Assembly: GCF_032062105.1 (NCBI RefSeq)
Contig: NW_026919405.1
Location: forward strand, 62,001 to 126,000
Direction of reading: 5' to 3'
Length of the DNA: 64,000 bases
DNA from: Saccostrea cucullata
Taxonomy: Eukaryota
The notes beneath the pieces were generated by a model. It was not told the DNA's origin. It saw only the letters and a program-made list of their open reading frames with translations, and did not search any database. Both the position numbers and the translations under genes were made by a program. Shown here piece after piece: positions 14,787-27,423 of this stretch (position 1 is the first letter of the stretch; every line of letters begins with the position of its first letter).

Positions 14787-14949
14787 CACAGGAGTCTGAA
14801 GTTTTTATCACACAAAAAAAAAAAAATCTGGAAAAAAAAATTCCCACCCCCAACTAACAAAAACACATGTTTTTTTTTAGTTGAGGGTGGGAATTTTTTT
14901 TCTGCATTTTTTTTTTTTTTTTTGACGATAAAAACTTCAGACTCCTGTG
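14787..14949. mobile_element. Palindromic foldback MITE with 7-bp TSD
   Basis: cacaggagtctgaagtttttatc ... gataaaaacttcagactcctgtg; the whole element folds back; TSD gaccaat at 14780-14786 and 14950-14956. Confidence 0.85.
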
Positions 14950-15168
14950 GACCAATGCATAATATTAAATTAATAGATAAATCTCTAATTATTTATGACA
15001 AAATTTTACAAAATTAAAATATTTATTGTTTTAACATACAAGTAACGATGTATCAAAATCTTGCAATAAAAAGCAGTACATCACTGTAAAACCAATAACT
15101 CAGCAACAGCAGGAAAAAATAAGTAAATAATATCATATTATGCCAATATGTCTAGGAATATAGTAACA

Positions 15169-16443
15169 TCAGTTTGAATTACTTCTATGTTTGATGTGGG
15201 AAAAGTCTGTTAGGTATTCTAAAGACAGGAATGAGTAAACAACTGTGTTTGTGAGGCTTGGTATAACGTCAATTACAGCCTCATTGTGAATAAATCCATA
15301 CATCAGCTGAACGGGACGCGCCACCAAGATCCCAACACCCATGTAAAACAGGACTATCTGAACAGTGTAATTCATTTTATGGCAGCGATTGCAGAATGAG
15401 TTGGAATTAGCACAGGATTTTAGAATGTTTATGTTCCAGAATGAGATTCCTGAAAAAGAAAACAGCCATTTTTATGCATACATATATGTTCAAAATACTT
15501 AATTTTTGAAGGTTGTATTCTAAGGGAAACAATCCTTCTGCTCTCTATATACATGTAGACATGAGGAGGATGGTTTCAACAAGGTTGAAGATAAAAAAAA
15601 TTAGGCAAATTGTTTTAGTTTACAATGCTGAGCAAAATTAGAAGATGCACTTCAAATTTAAATTTATCAACTTAAACTCAAGGTCCACAGACCTCTAACA
15701 AGGGAGATGACTTTTACAATGAAATAACTGTCAAATAACCATCACTTACAACTCTTGGAAAATTAAAAGCAATAAAGTATGGAATGATAAACCTTAAAGT
15801 ATTGTCTGTCATTGCTTGGTCATTTTATTTTATGTATGTGAGCAAATAATGAGTGTATACCTGTGTCACTGGTAGCATTTATTACAGCAATCCAGAAATA
15901 AAACAATGCAATTGGAAGATAAAACACTGCATACTCCATCACAGTGTATAAACAATTTATAACCACGTCATTCCTACATACAGTAAAATAAACTTGTACA
16001 TCAGTTGTCAAGTTCATGGATGCCGTCTGTTGCAGAGATTTTTCAGGATTTTGCCATATAAGAAGAGAAACAGATAACAGTGAATATAAAATCACAGCCC
16101 TTTTGATGAGCTTTTTATATGGTATTAAGGTTCCAGTGGAGATGACATATTTTGTAATGATGGTAAAAAATATAGCGTTGGCAATTAACGTTGGTACATA
16201 AAAGTCCCGACATCCATCGTCCTTGGGTCGAAGGCTCGAGATCTGCATCAAACGCTTGAAGTACCCTAACACAGAGGCGCAGTACAGTTCGTGTACAAGA
16301 CCAGTTGTGACAATGACTACAGTTATCACAGTGTGTTTACAATCATCCAGCATCAGGAACAACAACACCAGGAAACCCGCCGAGAGAGTCCCGAACAGCA
16401 CCAAAGACTGCAGAATCTCCACCACAAAAAATGTCAGCTCCAT
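15169..16443 (-). CDS. Divergent 7-TM rhodopsin-like (class A GPCR-like) orphan protein, 2 coding exons, 287 aa
   Basis: Exons 16443-15861 (donor acacag|gtatac) and 15449-15169 (acceptor ttttcag|gaatc) join in frame (864 nt), linking two ORFs of the track. Seven hydrophobic segments; Cys before TM3 and in ECL2; TM5 FYLP; TM6 Pro (VARP); TM7 NTVVYSFLS resembling NPxxY. Confidence 0.75.
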
Positions 16444-16622
16444 GTTTGATGTTTACTCTTCCTCCTCATACCATTAATTTGATTTTTTTTCAGGGGTTGT
16501 CTGGTCTTCTGCTAAAGAAAGGAATACGGAAAAGCATAAACAATATGTATAAGGTGATTGGAGTTTTCTCTAGTTTTATGGACTTGTAAAATTCTGTGGT
16601 GATTAAAAATAAAGATACTTTA

Positions 16623-18401
16623 GGCCATATAAAATTAATCTTTAGATTCTCATCCCCGCCCGCCCCTCTCAAAATGTCCCGCCCCGATGTTTTTTATTTT
16701 GATTTTTTGGGTATTTTTATTCAGTAAGAATTTGGGTCAAAGTTTAAGAGTTATCTCCTGTCTGTATTAACTCTTTACAACTTACTGAACTGTTATGCAA
16801 CATACACTTAATGTTCACGTCATAGAAAAAGAAATTTACCATTTCCCCGCAAGCACCTTATAGCGTGGTGCAAGTTTCTCTAAAATTTAGCGTAAATTAT
16901 GTTATGACGTAGAGTTTTAATACAAATATGACTTTTCTTATTTTATAAGATTTTTGCAAGAATAAAATAGAATGAAATTAGCATTAAATTAAAGCTTATA
17001 TGAACTTTTTAAAGTGCGTGAAAAATGCGTGATTGCGGGGAAACGGTATATGCGTGATTTTGCGTTAGAAATAGGAAATGGTATATGCGTTAAAATGCGT
17101 GACTGCGGGGAAGGGGGTTAAAAGTCGTGTGCCGCTATTTATAGCAAAAACGCCATGTGAAGAATGGAGAAAAATCGGCAATAAAAGCAGTTTAAATGTG
17201 TAAGGAAAAGATAATTTGTCAGTATAGAGAAGACAGAGAAGAAAAAATAGCATAAACACATATAGATACCATCACTGGCAGGAGCAAGTATGTAGAGAGA
17301 TTGTAACTACCTAAGTAAAAATAGACGAGGAAAATGACACCTGGTCAAGTTCTATATGAATAACGATCTCCAGCTGTGTGACTTAGCTTTGAAATAAAAA
17401 AAAATCTACAACATCGTACAGGGTTCGACACTAACGCTAGCCCGCTGGCCCGGGACAACTGAATATTGAGGTCGGGCTACCAAACATGTCTTTAAACTAG
17501 CCCTGCAGGGCTACAGTAAATTTTAACAATTACTAAGAGCAAGAAAATAATTATAATTTACACACAACATACCTGATAATTGTTAAATTTATTTTCAAAC
17601 ATGTTTTATCATCATAATTATTATTTTTGTAAGTCAAAATGTAAACTTAAAGGGTGAATCGAAATACCCTAAATGATTATAAATATTGAATTTTTTGAAT
17701 AGAAAAATGTCTTAGGTACAATCATAGAGTGACATATAATTTTTACCCAAAATACAGCCAGCATGCAGGATATTGCATCTCTATTTTCAAAATTTCCCGG
17801 GGGAGGCCCCCCGTACCCCCACCAGCAGGAGGGGGAAACCCCCTCCCGCACCTACCCCCTCGTCGCTTCGCGACTCGGCCACCAGCCTTCGGCTTTTGGA
17901 CAAGTAATACATGAACAGGGCTAGTAGAAATTAGAAATGGCTAGCCCTGCTGACAACTATGGTTTTAAAGTTAGTGTCGATCCCTGTCTTAGACAGACTT
18001 AAGAGAAGGCCTATATTTTTCAGTAGAATAATTATTAGAACATTTATATAGATTTTGCAAAATAAGAAGTCACGCATACACAATTTATTGGTATCCCCAC
18101 CTCATTTTGTTCAGGGTGTGCCGTATAATGTGTACTTGATAATTTGTTAATTAACAATAAACATTTAACTTTTAAAGCAAAAATTTTCTTTAAATATTTA
18201 AAAGAATATGAAAAGAATTAAATCTATTCATATTTGCATTAAGGTAATGAAAAAAATGTGTACGGGGCGTCCATTGTTTTGTTGATACTTAGCCTATATA
18301 TATAAATTAACAATTATAAAAAATAAAAAATAAAATCCGCCCACCCGCCCCAATTTTTTTGCAAATTAGGATGAGAATCTAAAGATTAATTTTACCTGGC
18401 C
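16623..18401. mobile_element. TTAA-targeting (Kolobok-like) non-autonomous DNA transposon
   Basis: TIR ggccatataaaattaatctttagattctcatcc / ggatgagaatctaaagattaattttacctggcc; flanks ttta / ttaa. Confidence 0.8.
17419..17986. mobile_element. Nested hAT-like MITE
   Basis: TIR cagggttcgacactaac / gttagtgtcgatccctg; subterminal ctagccc/gggcta repeats; no matching TSD. Confidence 0.7.
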
Positions 18402-18699
18402 TTAAGGACCTTCAGTTCATACAAAATTTTAAATGCACTGATATCAACATGATCAACGTTAAAAAAAAGAATATATCCAACTTATTCAAATTTTTGAGCT
18501 AACAAATGCTAACAACTGAATCATTTTTATTGATACCAAATGTAAAACATGCATCTCTAGCAACAACTCGATCAATGTCATTAAAGTTTTCGCCTTCCAC
18601 TGATCGTCCATAACATCTATCATATCTACAATATGCCAGGATAATAAAAAAGTTTATAAAAATACAGAGAAACTTCATTACAATACACAAAGCAAATAC

Positions 18700-18996
18700 C
18701 TGTGAGTCCACATGAATCTACTTTCATTTTCAAAGAGCGGTTGTGAGGTAACTTTTAGATACATGTATTTCGGTCCGTACTTTTTTTGAGTTGTCCTAAT
18801 TGTCAATTTCGTTTATGTTGTCAACATGCTTATTTGATGACATGTGAAAAAATATAGTGGGAGATCTTTTATTAATTTTAGCAACAAATTACATTTAAAA
18901 ATGTGATGGGTCCGAAATTAAAGAGAGACTATACCAAAGAGAGACCCGCAAAAAACTGGTTCTTCAATCAAAAAAAGAGAACCAAATTTTTGCACA
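18700..18996. promoter_or_regulatory. Probable bidirectional promoter between the 7-TM gene and ZNHIT1
   Basis: Minus-strand donor ctcacag|gtattt at ~18700 (putative 5' UTR exon, pairing with the acceptor ctttctttag at ~16512) lies under 300 bp from the ZNHIT1 ATG. Confidence 0.4.
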
Positions 18997-21900
18997 ATGG
19001 AGAAAAAAGAATCAAGTAAGTATTTTACGATTCTTCAAAACTTAACTCACCAGAGTCTCTCAAAAAATATTTTTTTTTAATTAATAATGTGTGATTTAAG
19101 TTATTGACCAAGTGAAACACATCATTAAAATTAATATACTATGAAAATCAAGATTTAAAACTCCATCAAATCGAGGAAATTCGAAAGTGGTATGGTTTTA
19201 TTGATGTGTAAAGTATTATTTTATAGATTATGAGTTTTAAAATAGTAGATTAATTTATTTTCCTATAAATAATTAGAATCTTGTAATATACTGAATCTGA
19301 AAACCCACTGGCTACATTTATACCACCAGTAAGATGACGAAATAAATACATAATTATTATTTGTGTGCATGTGTTTTTCATCAAATTTAAGCTGGATAAT
19401 TCAACCTGATTAAGGTGCATCTCTGCAGTTGAATCAAGAGGCAGTAGCATAATCATTGCAAATATAAGTGACATCACAATGTTTTTAGAACACCGGATTA
19501 CATGCACAAATTTTGTTAGGGCATTGACCAAATAAAGCTTTCAAATAGGTTTATTAGGTAACCTTTATTGGGTCAACATGGTCAATGCAAGAGGTAGCTG
19601 CAGGATAAATAAAATTTCACATTATTATTAAATTAATCCACGATTCCACATTGACATATTTTGTATAAAGGTAGAATTAAGGACCTCCAACAGAAGCGAG
19701 TGCTGGATGACGCGGCCCGCAGGAGAAGACAGAGGAAGGCGCTCGAGGCCCTGGAGCAGGATAATTTTCAGGACGACCCTCACGCTGACCTCAAAATGAG
19801 TAAAAAGGCTCCCAAGTTTGAGGAGTCGATGGAATCACCAGGTAAACAATGGCCGAGGCCAAAAATGTGACTTCACAATGTCCGATACCATTCATGATGA
19901 GGTCAGTAATCCACTAAGGATAATTAAGAAATACTTTTCAAGAGTTTTGAAAAATTGATAAATTTAACTCATGCAGGGAGAATCGGACGTATTAGTGTTG
20001 GATAATCGGGAAAATTTCATAATCGATAATCGGTCAAAATCGGAGAAGCTTAATCGATCAATGATCGACTTAATTGGTAATCAAGTACAAAATTCCATTT
20101 CTTTATAGCATTTATCATTTATAGAACAAACTAAAAATAAAATTTTATCAAGTTTATTCTAAAGACAACTTTTTGTTGTATAAGTAACAAAGAAATAGAA
20201 AAAAAATCAAATATTTACTCATAAAAACGAAAAATGTTTGTCATGACATCAGACTTTGCATTCCGCAGTTAGAATAATCTAACTGTGTCTCGGTACAAGT
20301 CCTCACCACAGTTAAAATACGTCCCATATATGTACTTGCAATGTAGCAAATCGGAGCGAATCAAGCTCCGAAACGATTTTGAAGAATATGAAAGGATTTG
20401 CACTGGAAATAACTTCCAAATTAATCAAAAAAACCTTTTTGAGATTGCTAATTCCTTTTATCCCAAAAAAAAATCCATCTAAAGACGAAAATCCAATGAA
20501 TGTTCTCAACGTTTTTCTCTCACTTCAAATTTACCTGCCATGTTTACATTCGGAACTCTCTAGTTTGTCCGTAGTAAATGCACTGAGAACGAGTTATTGC
20601 CCGTGTTTCTTTTGCTACATTACGAATGGATAGAATAATCTGAATTTTATCGTTAAACCGGGTCCGTAGGACAATATTATTTTAATGATAGAACGTTCTA
20701 TCTATGCATTCACTGGATATGGGTAAATTTCTAATTGATTGTTGTTAATTTCGTCTTCGGACGCCATTTTTGTTGACCACCTTTCGTTTTACATGTATTT
20801 TTAATGTGTACGTATTTGTTTTGTTCAAATAGTACAAGTTTATTTAGGCGAGTTTATTTGGGCGACAATCGATTATGAAAAACGTAATCGATAATCTGAA
20901 TCGAACACCCAAAAACGATCGACAATCGATCGTCGGCGACAGTCGTTTCATCACTAGGACGTATTGTTTTAGTTATATAATTTTAGTTATATAACTAGGC
21001 TAGACTGAGTGCAACACCTGAGTGAAATACAAAATATACAATAATCATTTAGTTGTTGAATAAATACTATGCTTTTTCAGTAGAATAAGTGTCCTAGGAT
21101 AAGGATACATAAATTTTCTTTGTTCAATATGTTTGTCTACTCGTCTAAATTATTTTTTTATATCTGTAGCACCAACAGGAAAGAAAAAGCGTAAAAGTAA
21201 AGCAGACAACTTCAAATTTCGATACAAGAAAAGTTTTGCTGCATTACTTGAAGAGGAGGTAATTTCAAAAGAGATTTAAAAATTCTCTTTGATTTTTTGG
21301 CCAGGAAATTCGTAAATACATGTATTATATTGTTTTGGTTAGTAGAAAATAATTCTTATAAAAATATTTGAGTCCAAATTTCAAGAGAATAAAATATGGA
21401 ATTATTATTCATGAGGGATCAATGTTTGTGGATTTCATTGGTTCATGTCCAAATATGTTTATTATGTTTATTTTGAAAACATATTAATTCATTAAGTGTA
21501 TAAAGAAGTTATACACAAAATAACTTCCCCACTAACAAGTAAAAATTTTGCTTGACCATAAAAATTGACCCCCACAAACTAAAATGGTTCCACATTATTT
21601 TAATGCATTTTACATTTCTTGTGAAACTGATATTTTTAAGGAATGTCTGATATTTAATTTTGTAATCTTCATGATTTTATCATTTCAGCACATGTTGAAC
21701 AAAGATCCTCCAAACTACAACACAGCAGGGGTTCCCCCCTCGCGATTCCCCGACAGAAAGTTCTGTGCCGTTTGTGGATATCCTTTTTTATTTATCTGTG
21801 TTATGTATTAAGGTTCATAAACCCTCTGCTACATGTGTAACTTGTATAAATGTTGATTTAACCTTAATGATTTTCTGAGAAATAAATTTTATAAGTAAAT

Positions 21901-23365
21901 TGCAAACAATTATTGCATAGCTTGTGGGGTAAAATTGGACATAAAAAAACTTCAACTTGGCAAATTTATAAACGAATAATAGACATTTGTGTCATCAAGA
22001 GTTATCTCTCTTATCAGAGTATCAATGAACCTTAAATGCTTTAAGCATCTGAATCAGTACCAAAAGAATAAGGTATTGCATGAAGAATGTAATCATAATA
22101 CATTTCATCCACATGAATTTCACATGAAAAGAACAGATGAAATATATGTGAATTTTTTTTTTTACATGAAATTCTCTTTAAAGGTTAGGGATGTTTGATG
22201 CTTGTTATTATGACAATCTTTTAGTGACAAATATGCAATGAAAAATAATGCATCTAAGTCAGTTCTGAAAAGTAAAATTTTAATAAATGACATAGTTAAT
22301 TAATTTTAAATTAAAGTACAATGAATATTTTTACAGTTTTTACCTGTCCAGACATATTGATAACAATATGAAGGATATTTTGTTTGAATTTTTCTTTGAA
22401 AAAAAAAGTAGCTTTTCAATCTTATAAGGTAGCTTTTATATTTTTATATTACTGTACAAAGTTTTTTCAGTTGCAAATAGATTAGCGATTTACAAATTAC
22501 AATATACAGTTGTGTTTTCCTTAATGGTCTAACTTTTCCCTCTAATTACATGTGTGTACAGTGTACAGTTGTCTTTTCCTTAACAGTCTAACATTCCCCT
22601 CTAATTACACGTGTGTACAGTGTGGGGCCAGGTACTGTTGTGTGAGGTGTCTCGGCACACATCAGGATACAAGGTAGGAAGCTTCATTATATGTTGTTTG
22701 TAATTTCTTAATCGCCTTAAAAAACATCAGCATGTCCGGACATTTTAGCTATAGAACTGTAGCACTCTGGTTGACAAAAAAGGACATTCTGAATTTTCTC
22801 AACAGTCTGCAGAGCTAAATTAAGTTCTGCAGCCAAGAGGTCTTTTAGGATAAAGTCAGAGTTCATAAAGTAGATGTGCCATGATTTTTAATGCTAGATC
22901 TCTGGAAGTTCAAACTCTCAAACTCGGTACCCCTGGTATGTGGGTTTCATATAGGGGTTATAACCTTTTGTTTTAACAAGGCTACAAAGTTTAATTTGTA
23001 GCATAATTTTTTGCTAGATGGCAAAGTTTTTTAAAGGCTATTTCATATGTGCGTGGTGCAATGGTTCGAGCATCTGCTCGAAATTCGCGAAGTAAGGAGT
23101 TGATCCTTACTTAACGGGTTCAAATCCCCAATGGCCCTGAGTACGTACATATGTACAAGCATATGACAAAATTTGCAGCTTTCCACTGGGAAGTGGTAGC
23201 ATCTCCATATGAATGAAAAATTCTCGAGAGGGACGTTAAACAATATACAATCAATCAATCATATGTGCTCTTTCTATTGGCATTAACATCAGATTTGATT
23301 GTAAAATTTAATATATCAGTGTACATTTTTTTTTTATTTTAAGGTGCCTGAAGTGGACGGCCTGA
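18997..23365 (+). CDS. ZNHIT1: Zinc finger HIT domain-containing protein 1 (SRCAP/SWR1 subunit Vps71), 6 exons, 156 aa
   Basis: Exons 18997-19015, 19671-19841, 21170-21258, 21689-21777, 22593-22673, 23344-23365 (471 nt). Protein contains RVLDDAARRRRQRKALEALEQDNFQDDPHA and the HIT finger FCAVCGFPSNYTCVQCGARYCCVRCLGTHQDTRCLKWTA. Confidence 0.95.
19993..20956. mobile_element. hAT-type non-autonomous element in ZNHIT1 intron 2
   Basis: Ends tagtgttgga / tttcatcacta; 8-bp TSD ggacgtat at 19985-19992 and 20957-20964; subterminal aatcga repeats. Confidence 0.85.
21778..22592 (+). other. U12-type (minor spliceosome) AT-AC intron of ZNHIT1
   Basis: 5' site ATATCCTTTT at 21778; branch site TTTTCCTTAAC at ~22574-22584; terminal AC at 22591-22592. 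Removing it restores CAVCG|FPSNYTC. Confidence 0.92.
22505..22622 (+). repeat. 59-bp tandem duplication of U12 branch point, AC acceptor and exon start
   Basis: tacagttgtgttttccttaatggtctaac|ttttccctctaattacatgtgtgtacagtg followed by tacagttgtcttttccttaacagtctaac|attcccctctaattacacgtgtgtacagtg. Confidence 0.92.
23053..23258 (+). mobile_element. tRNA-derived SINE with TSD in ZNHIT1 intron 5
   Basis: A-box-like gtggtgcaatggtt, B-box gggttcaaatccc, (AATC)n tail; TSD tcatatgtgc at 23043-23052 and 23259-23268. Confidence 0.85.
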
Positions 23366-24408
23366 TGATCTCTTTCTTTCTATAAGGAAACTGTGCCCTC
23401 ATGGAATCAGTTGACTGAAAATATAAATGGATGGCAAAACACTGCTGTGATAGACAAGACATGTGCTTCACAAAATCAATCCTTGGAGACCTATCGTCAC
23501 AGAAAGAAAGCCATTTGGTGAAGCATGTACAAACTGAGAGCTGTTCACATCTTGGACAGAGTCAGAAGTGGGGCAGTTGTTTTTCTCATTATAATATAGT
23601 GTGTCTATATGCCCTTAACTGAAAGTGAAAATCAAAAGATAAATTATTGTAATTGATTACTTTAGCTGACAGTTTATTTTTATGTAGGTCACTTTCAAAG
23701 ACCCATTGGCTACTGTGCTCACCTTAATCATGATGAAAAATAAAAATGTAATGTTGTGACTAAGCATATGCCAAGATATGTAAAATTGTCATGTTTTGAA
23801 TAATAATTTTTGCATATAAATGTTGCAAATCACAAATTTAAAGGTCATAGTGTTTTTTTAAAACAATAATAACATCCCTAAATATCTGTATGTGTGTGAT
23901 TTATTTCCACGGGGGGGGGGGGGGGGGGGGGCATGCTTTATGCACTCTTCTCATTTTTGTTTTGTTTACAGAATGTTTTATATCAACCACTTGTAAATTT
24001 TACCTTTTGCATTCTTCTCATGTAGAAGCTTCTAATGAACTCTGCTTCATGAATGTACAAACAGGTAGGCAAGTAAGTTAGCACAACTAGTGCACATTGG
24101 GATTGAATCCAACAGTTTGGTTTCTTTAAAAAGCCAAGTGCCTGTGATTCACCTATGAAAGCCTTCCTTTGAGAAATATATTTTGTGTAGGCTACATTAC
24201 AATAATATAAACTTAGATGAACATTTTGTTTTAAAGGCTGTGCTATTGTTACTTTGTTGTTACAGCTTCATGGTGAACAATTTACATGAAATCTATTTTA
24301 AATTACACATTTTTCCAATACAGCCAAGAAACTTCTCTTCAGGTATTTCTTTTGTATTTTTATTAGAACACATGCATATTGCTTTTTCCATATTCTGATA
24401 TTGATAAC

Positions 24409-25392
24409 TTTTGAGCTCACCTGAGCCTTTGGCTCAAGTGAGCTTATCTGATCAAAACATATCCATTAACTGTTGTCATCATTGTTGTCATCTTCATTGT
24501 CATAAACTTTTGAAATTTCCTCTTTTCCTCAAGAACCACTGGGTCACTTTCAACCAAACTTGCCACAAAGTATCTTTGGATAAAGGGGATTCAAGTGTGT
24601 GCAAAAGAAGGGCCACACCCTCTTCCAAGGGGAGATAATTATGAATTAATGAAAAAATAATGGCACAATTTCTAAAATTTTTCTCAAGAAACACCGGGCC
24701 AGAAAAGATGAAACTCATGTGGAATCATCCTCTGGTAGTGTAAATTCAAGTTTGTTCAAATCATGAACCCTGGAAATTGGATGGGGCCACAATGGACGAT
24801 CAAAGTTTAAAATTGGAATATATAGGAAAAATCTCAAGAACAGCAAAGCCATGATTGGTGATATTATTATGGAAGCATCCTAAGGTAATGTTGATTCAAC
24901 TTTATGATATTATTATGGAAACATCCTAAGGTAATGTTGGTTCAACTTTATTCAAATCATGACCCCCAGGGGTAGGGTGGGGCCACAATTGATGATCAAA
25001 GTTTAATATAGGAATTTATAGGAAAAATCTGAAGAAAAGCCATGATTGGTGATATTTAAATGGAAGCATCCTCAGGTAGTGAAGATTCAAGATTGTTCAA
25101 ACCAGAACTCCATTGGGGTAGGGTGCATCTGCATGTAGTTAAGATTCTTATTTTTCAAATCGTGACCCTCGGGGGAGGGGCCACAATGGGAGATCAATTT
25201 TTAGAAAGTAATATGTAGGGAAAAAAATCTTTTCAATATTTGTATGCTATTCATGTATTGATATGGTGGCATTTTCAAGTAGTATCCCCCCTTCCTCTCC
25301 TATAGCTTTTAAACTTTTCAATACTGAACTGATTTGCGCTTTACAAGCCCATGTGCTCAGGTGAGCGATGTGGCCCATGGACCTTTTTGTTT
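24409..25392 (+). mobile_element. Helentron-associated non-autonomous element (HINE/Helitron-N2 type) with internal satellite-like repeats
   Basis: 5' gctcacctgagc sub-TIR and 3' gctcaggtgagc followed by a short hairpin; inserted in a T-run; internal repeated units (ggaagcatcct..tagtg..attcaag..tgttcaaatcatgaccc..ggggccacaat). Confidence 0.8.
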
Positions 25393-27423
25393 TAATATCT
25401 GCATATACATGGATGTTAAAAGACGTAAAAGATTTTTTGAATGAAACTCTGGTCTGAGATTAGGACTAAGGGCGCTGTGTTTATATTCATATTATGGAAA
25501 TTAATATGCTGGCGGCAGATTAGGCACAGGCATGTAGACAAACAAAAAAAATAGGAAAATTGATTGCCCAACTCAAACATCCTGTTTGGAGGGCTTGGGT
25601 GCCCATCTTCTTTTGTAAGCAAACTTTATTCACACATTGCCACATTATCCTGATCCTGCTGTAACAAAAGGTGTAAGGGAGACCAGCCTTCCATAACAAA
25701 GTATTGCCCCACCCCCCCACCCCTTCACCCACTATACCCCCCCCTTCACCCACTATACCCCCCCCCCCCCCAATACTACATGGATGAAGGTTTTAGAAAA
25801 TGGCGGTTAGCAAGCTGTATATCTGCAGTGAATGGAAGAGATTAAATCAATCTAGGAAGAAAACAATATTGATGCTTTGTGTTGTATTATTTTCAAAATA
25901 ATGTAATGTAGATCAGATAAAACAAAATCTTCACCAGGATGTCACTTGTGCATTGATAGAGTCCGTCGGTACGCAAAAGAACAGCATATGTTTAGGGAGA
26001 AAATACAAAGCATTATTAAGGCTAATTATAATTCCTTACGGTTGACTATTGACAACCAATTTTATTTGATATTTTAGCATTCTGTCGACTGACATCTCTT
26101 TTCTCCTTTTTTCAATGAACGTGTTCTAGTTCTTTCTCGCTGTTTTTCTATTATTATTTTTTTTTTGGTTTGAGGGGTGGGGTAATCAATGATAAATAAT
26201 ATACAGGCACGTAGCAATTTTTTATATATTTTTTCCCTGAACATTACCTTATCTATTGAAAATGTTAATTTAATGGTTGGTTGCCCCACCTCCCCCCCCC
26301 CCCTACTTTTTACCACAGTAAAGTGATATCAAGGAAATGTAGTATTAAATGTTAAAAAGAAATTGGAGGTGAAAGGAAGTTGGCATTGAAAAAAGTTTGC
26401 TTGTCAACTTTTACATGTACGTAAAAAAAATTCTTTGGCTGCCCCCCCCCCCCCCCCCCTTTCAAGAACGTTGCCACGTGCCTGGTATACACATGTAAAT
26501 GACTGTTAGTATTTTTTTTTTAAATTTCATTGAAAATTTAAACAGAAATCATCCTATTTTTATTAATTTCGAAATATGCCTTGGGAAACACGTATCAATA
26601 TCCTCACGGTTACATAGGTTATTGAGGGGAGGATATTGACCTTGTGGAAAATAACAATTAAATTTGTTTAAAACTAGATCTTTGTATATTTTTTCCTCAA
26701 AAGATATGTAGTACAAAGTTGGGTTTTTTTTCAAATGGGAAGGGCATTGCTTAACAAGGAAAAAAGATCAGTCAAAAAAAGCCAGAAAATTAATGTTTGA
26801 ACCAAAGAAAAAAAAGAAAGAAAAAATTAATTAAAAACTTAAAATGCATGGAAAACCCAATTTATTGGCAGGAAAAATAATCCTTTAAGTGTTTTCCTAT
26901 GGTATTATGTTACATGGTGTAGTGATATGATGTGTGATACATGTATATGTTTTCTAATACTTAAGAAATTATTGGCGATTCATTACTACCAAATTTGGAT
27001 ATGATATGACGTATAGTAAAGAGTTATATATGACAGCGATTTTTCCGAACAACCCTCGTTTTTATATATAATAAAATGGAATTACATGTTAAAAAAAAAA
27101 GATATGCCTCTAAGTTTCACAGATTTTACAATCTTATTGATCAACCAATCACGTGATGACAAAAACAAAGTCAGCGAAAAAGGATACGCGTATATATATA
27201 TAGTGATAAATTAATACTCCTATAGAAGCTAACGAGAAGACAGAGCGTGGTAAGGGTATAAGGTAAGGATTTTATTAGTCTCACGTGAAATTACAAGTTC
27301 ATTTTTTCCCCTAATTGTATACCGGTACTGAGAATCGAATAGCCTTAATATTATATTTGCAGAATCATGTTACCTGTAAGATTTTTCAAAAATAAAAAAA
27401 GTCATTTAATAGGTATGATGTAT

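Noticed and set aside
18499-18711. 70-aa hydrophobic minus-strand ORF as the first coding exon of the 7-TM gene
   Set aside because: It starts at GTG, runs through a good splice donor at ~18700 and ends in a stop; the downstream exon has stops before its own ATG, so this is most likely UTR plus intron.
23053-23130. tRNA gene
   Set aside because: A and B boxes are present but there is no cloverleaf; it is the head of a SINE with tail and TSD.
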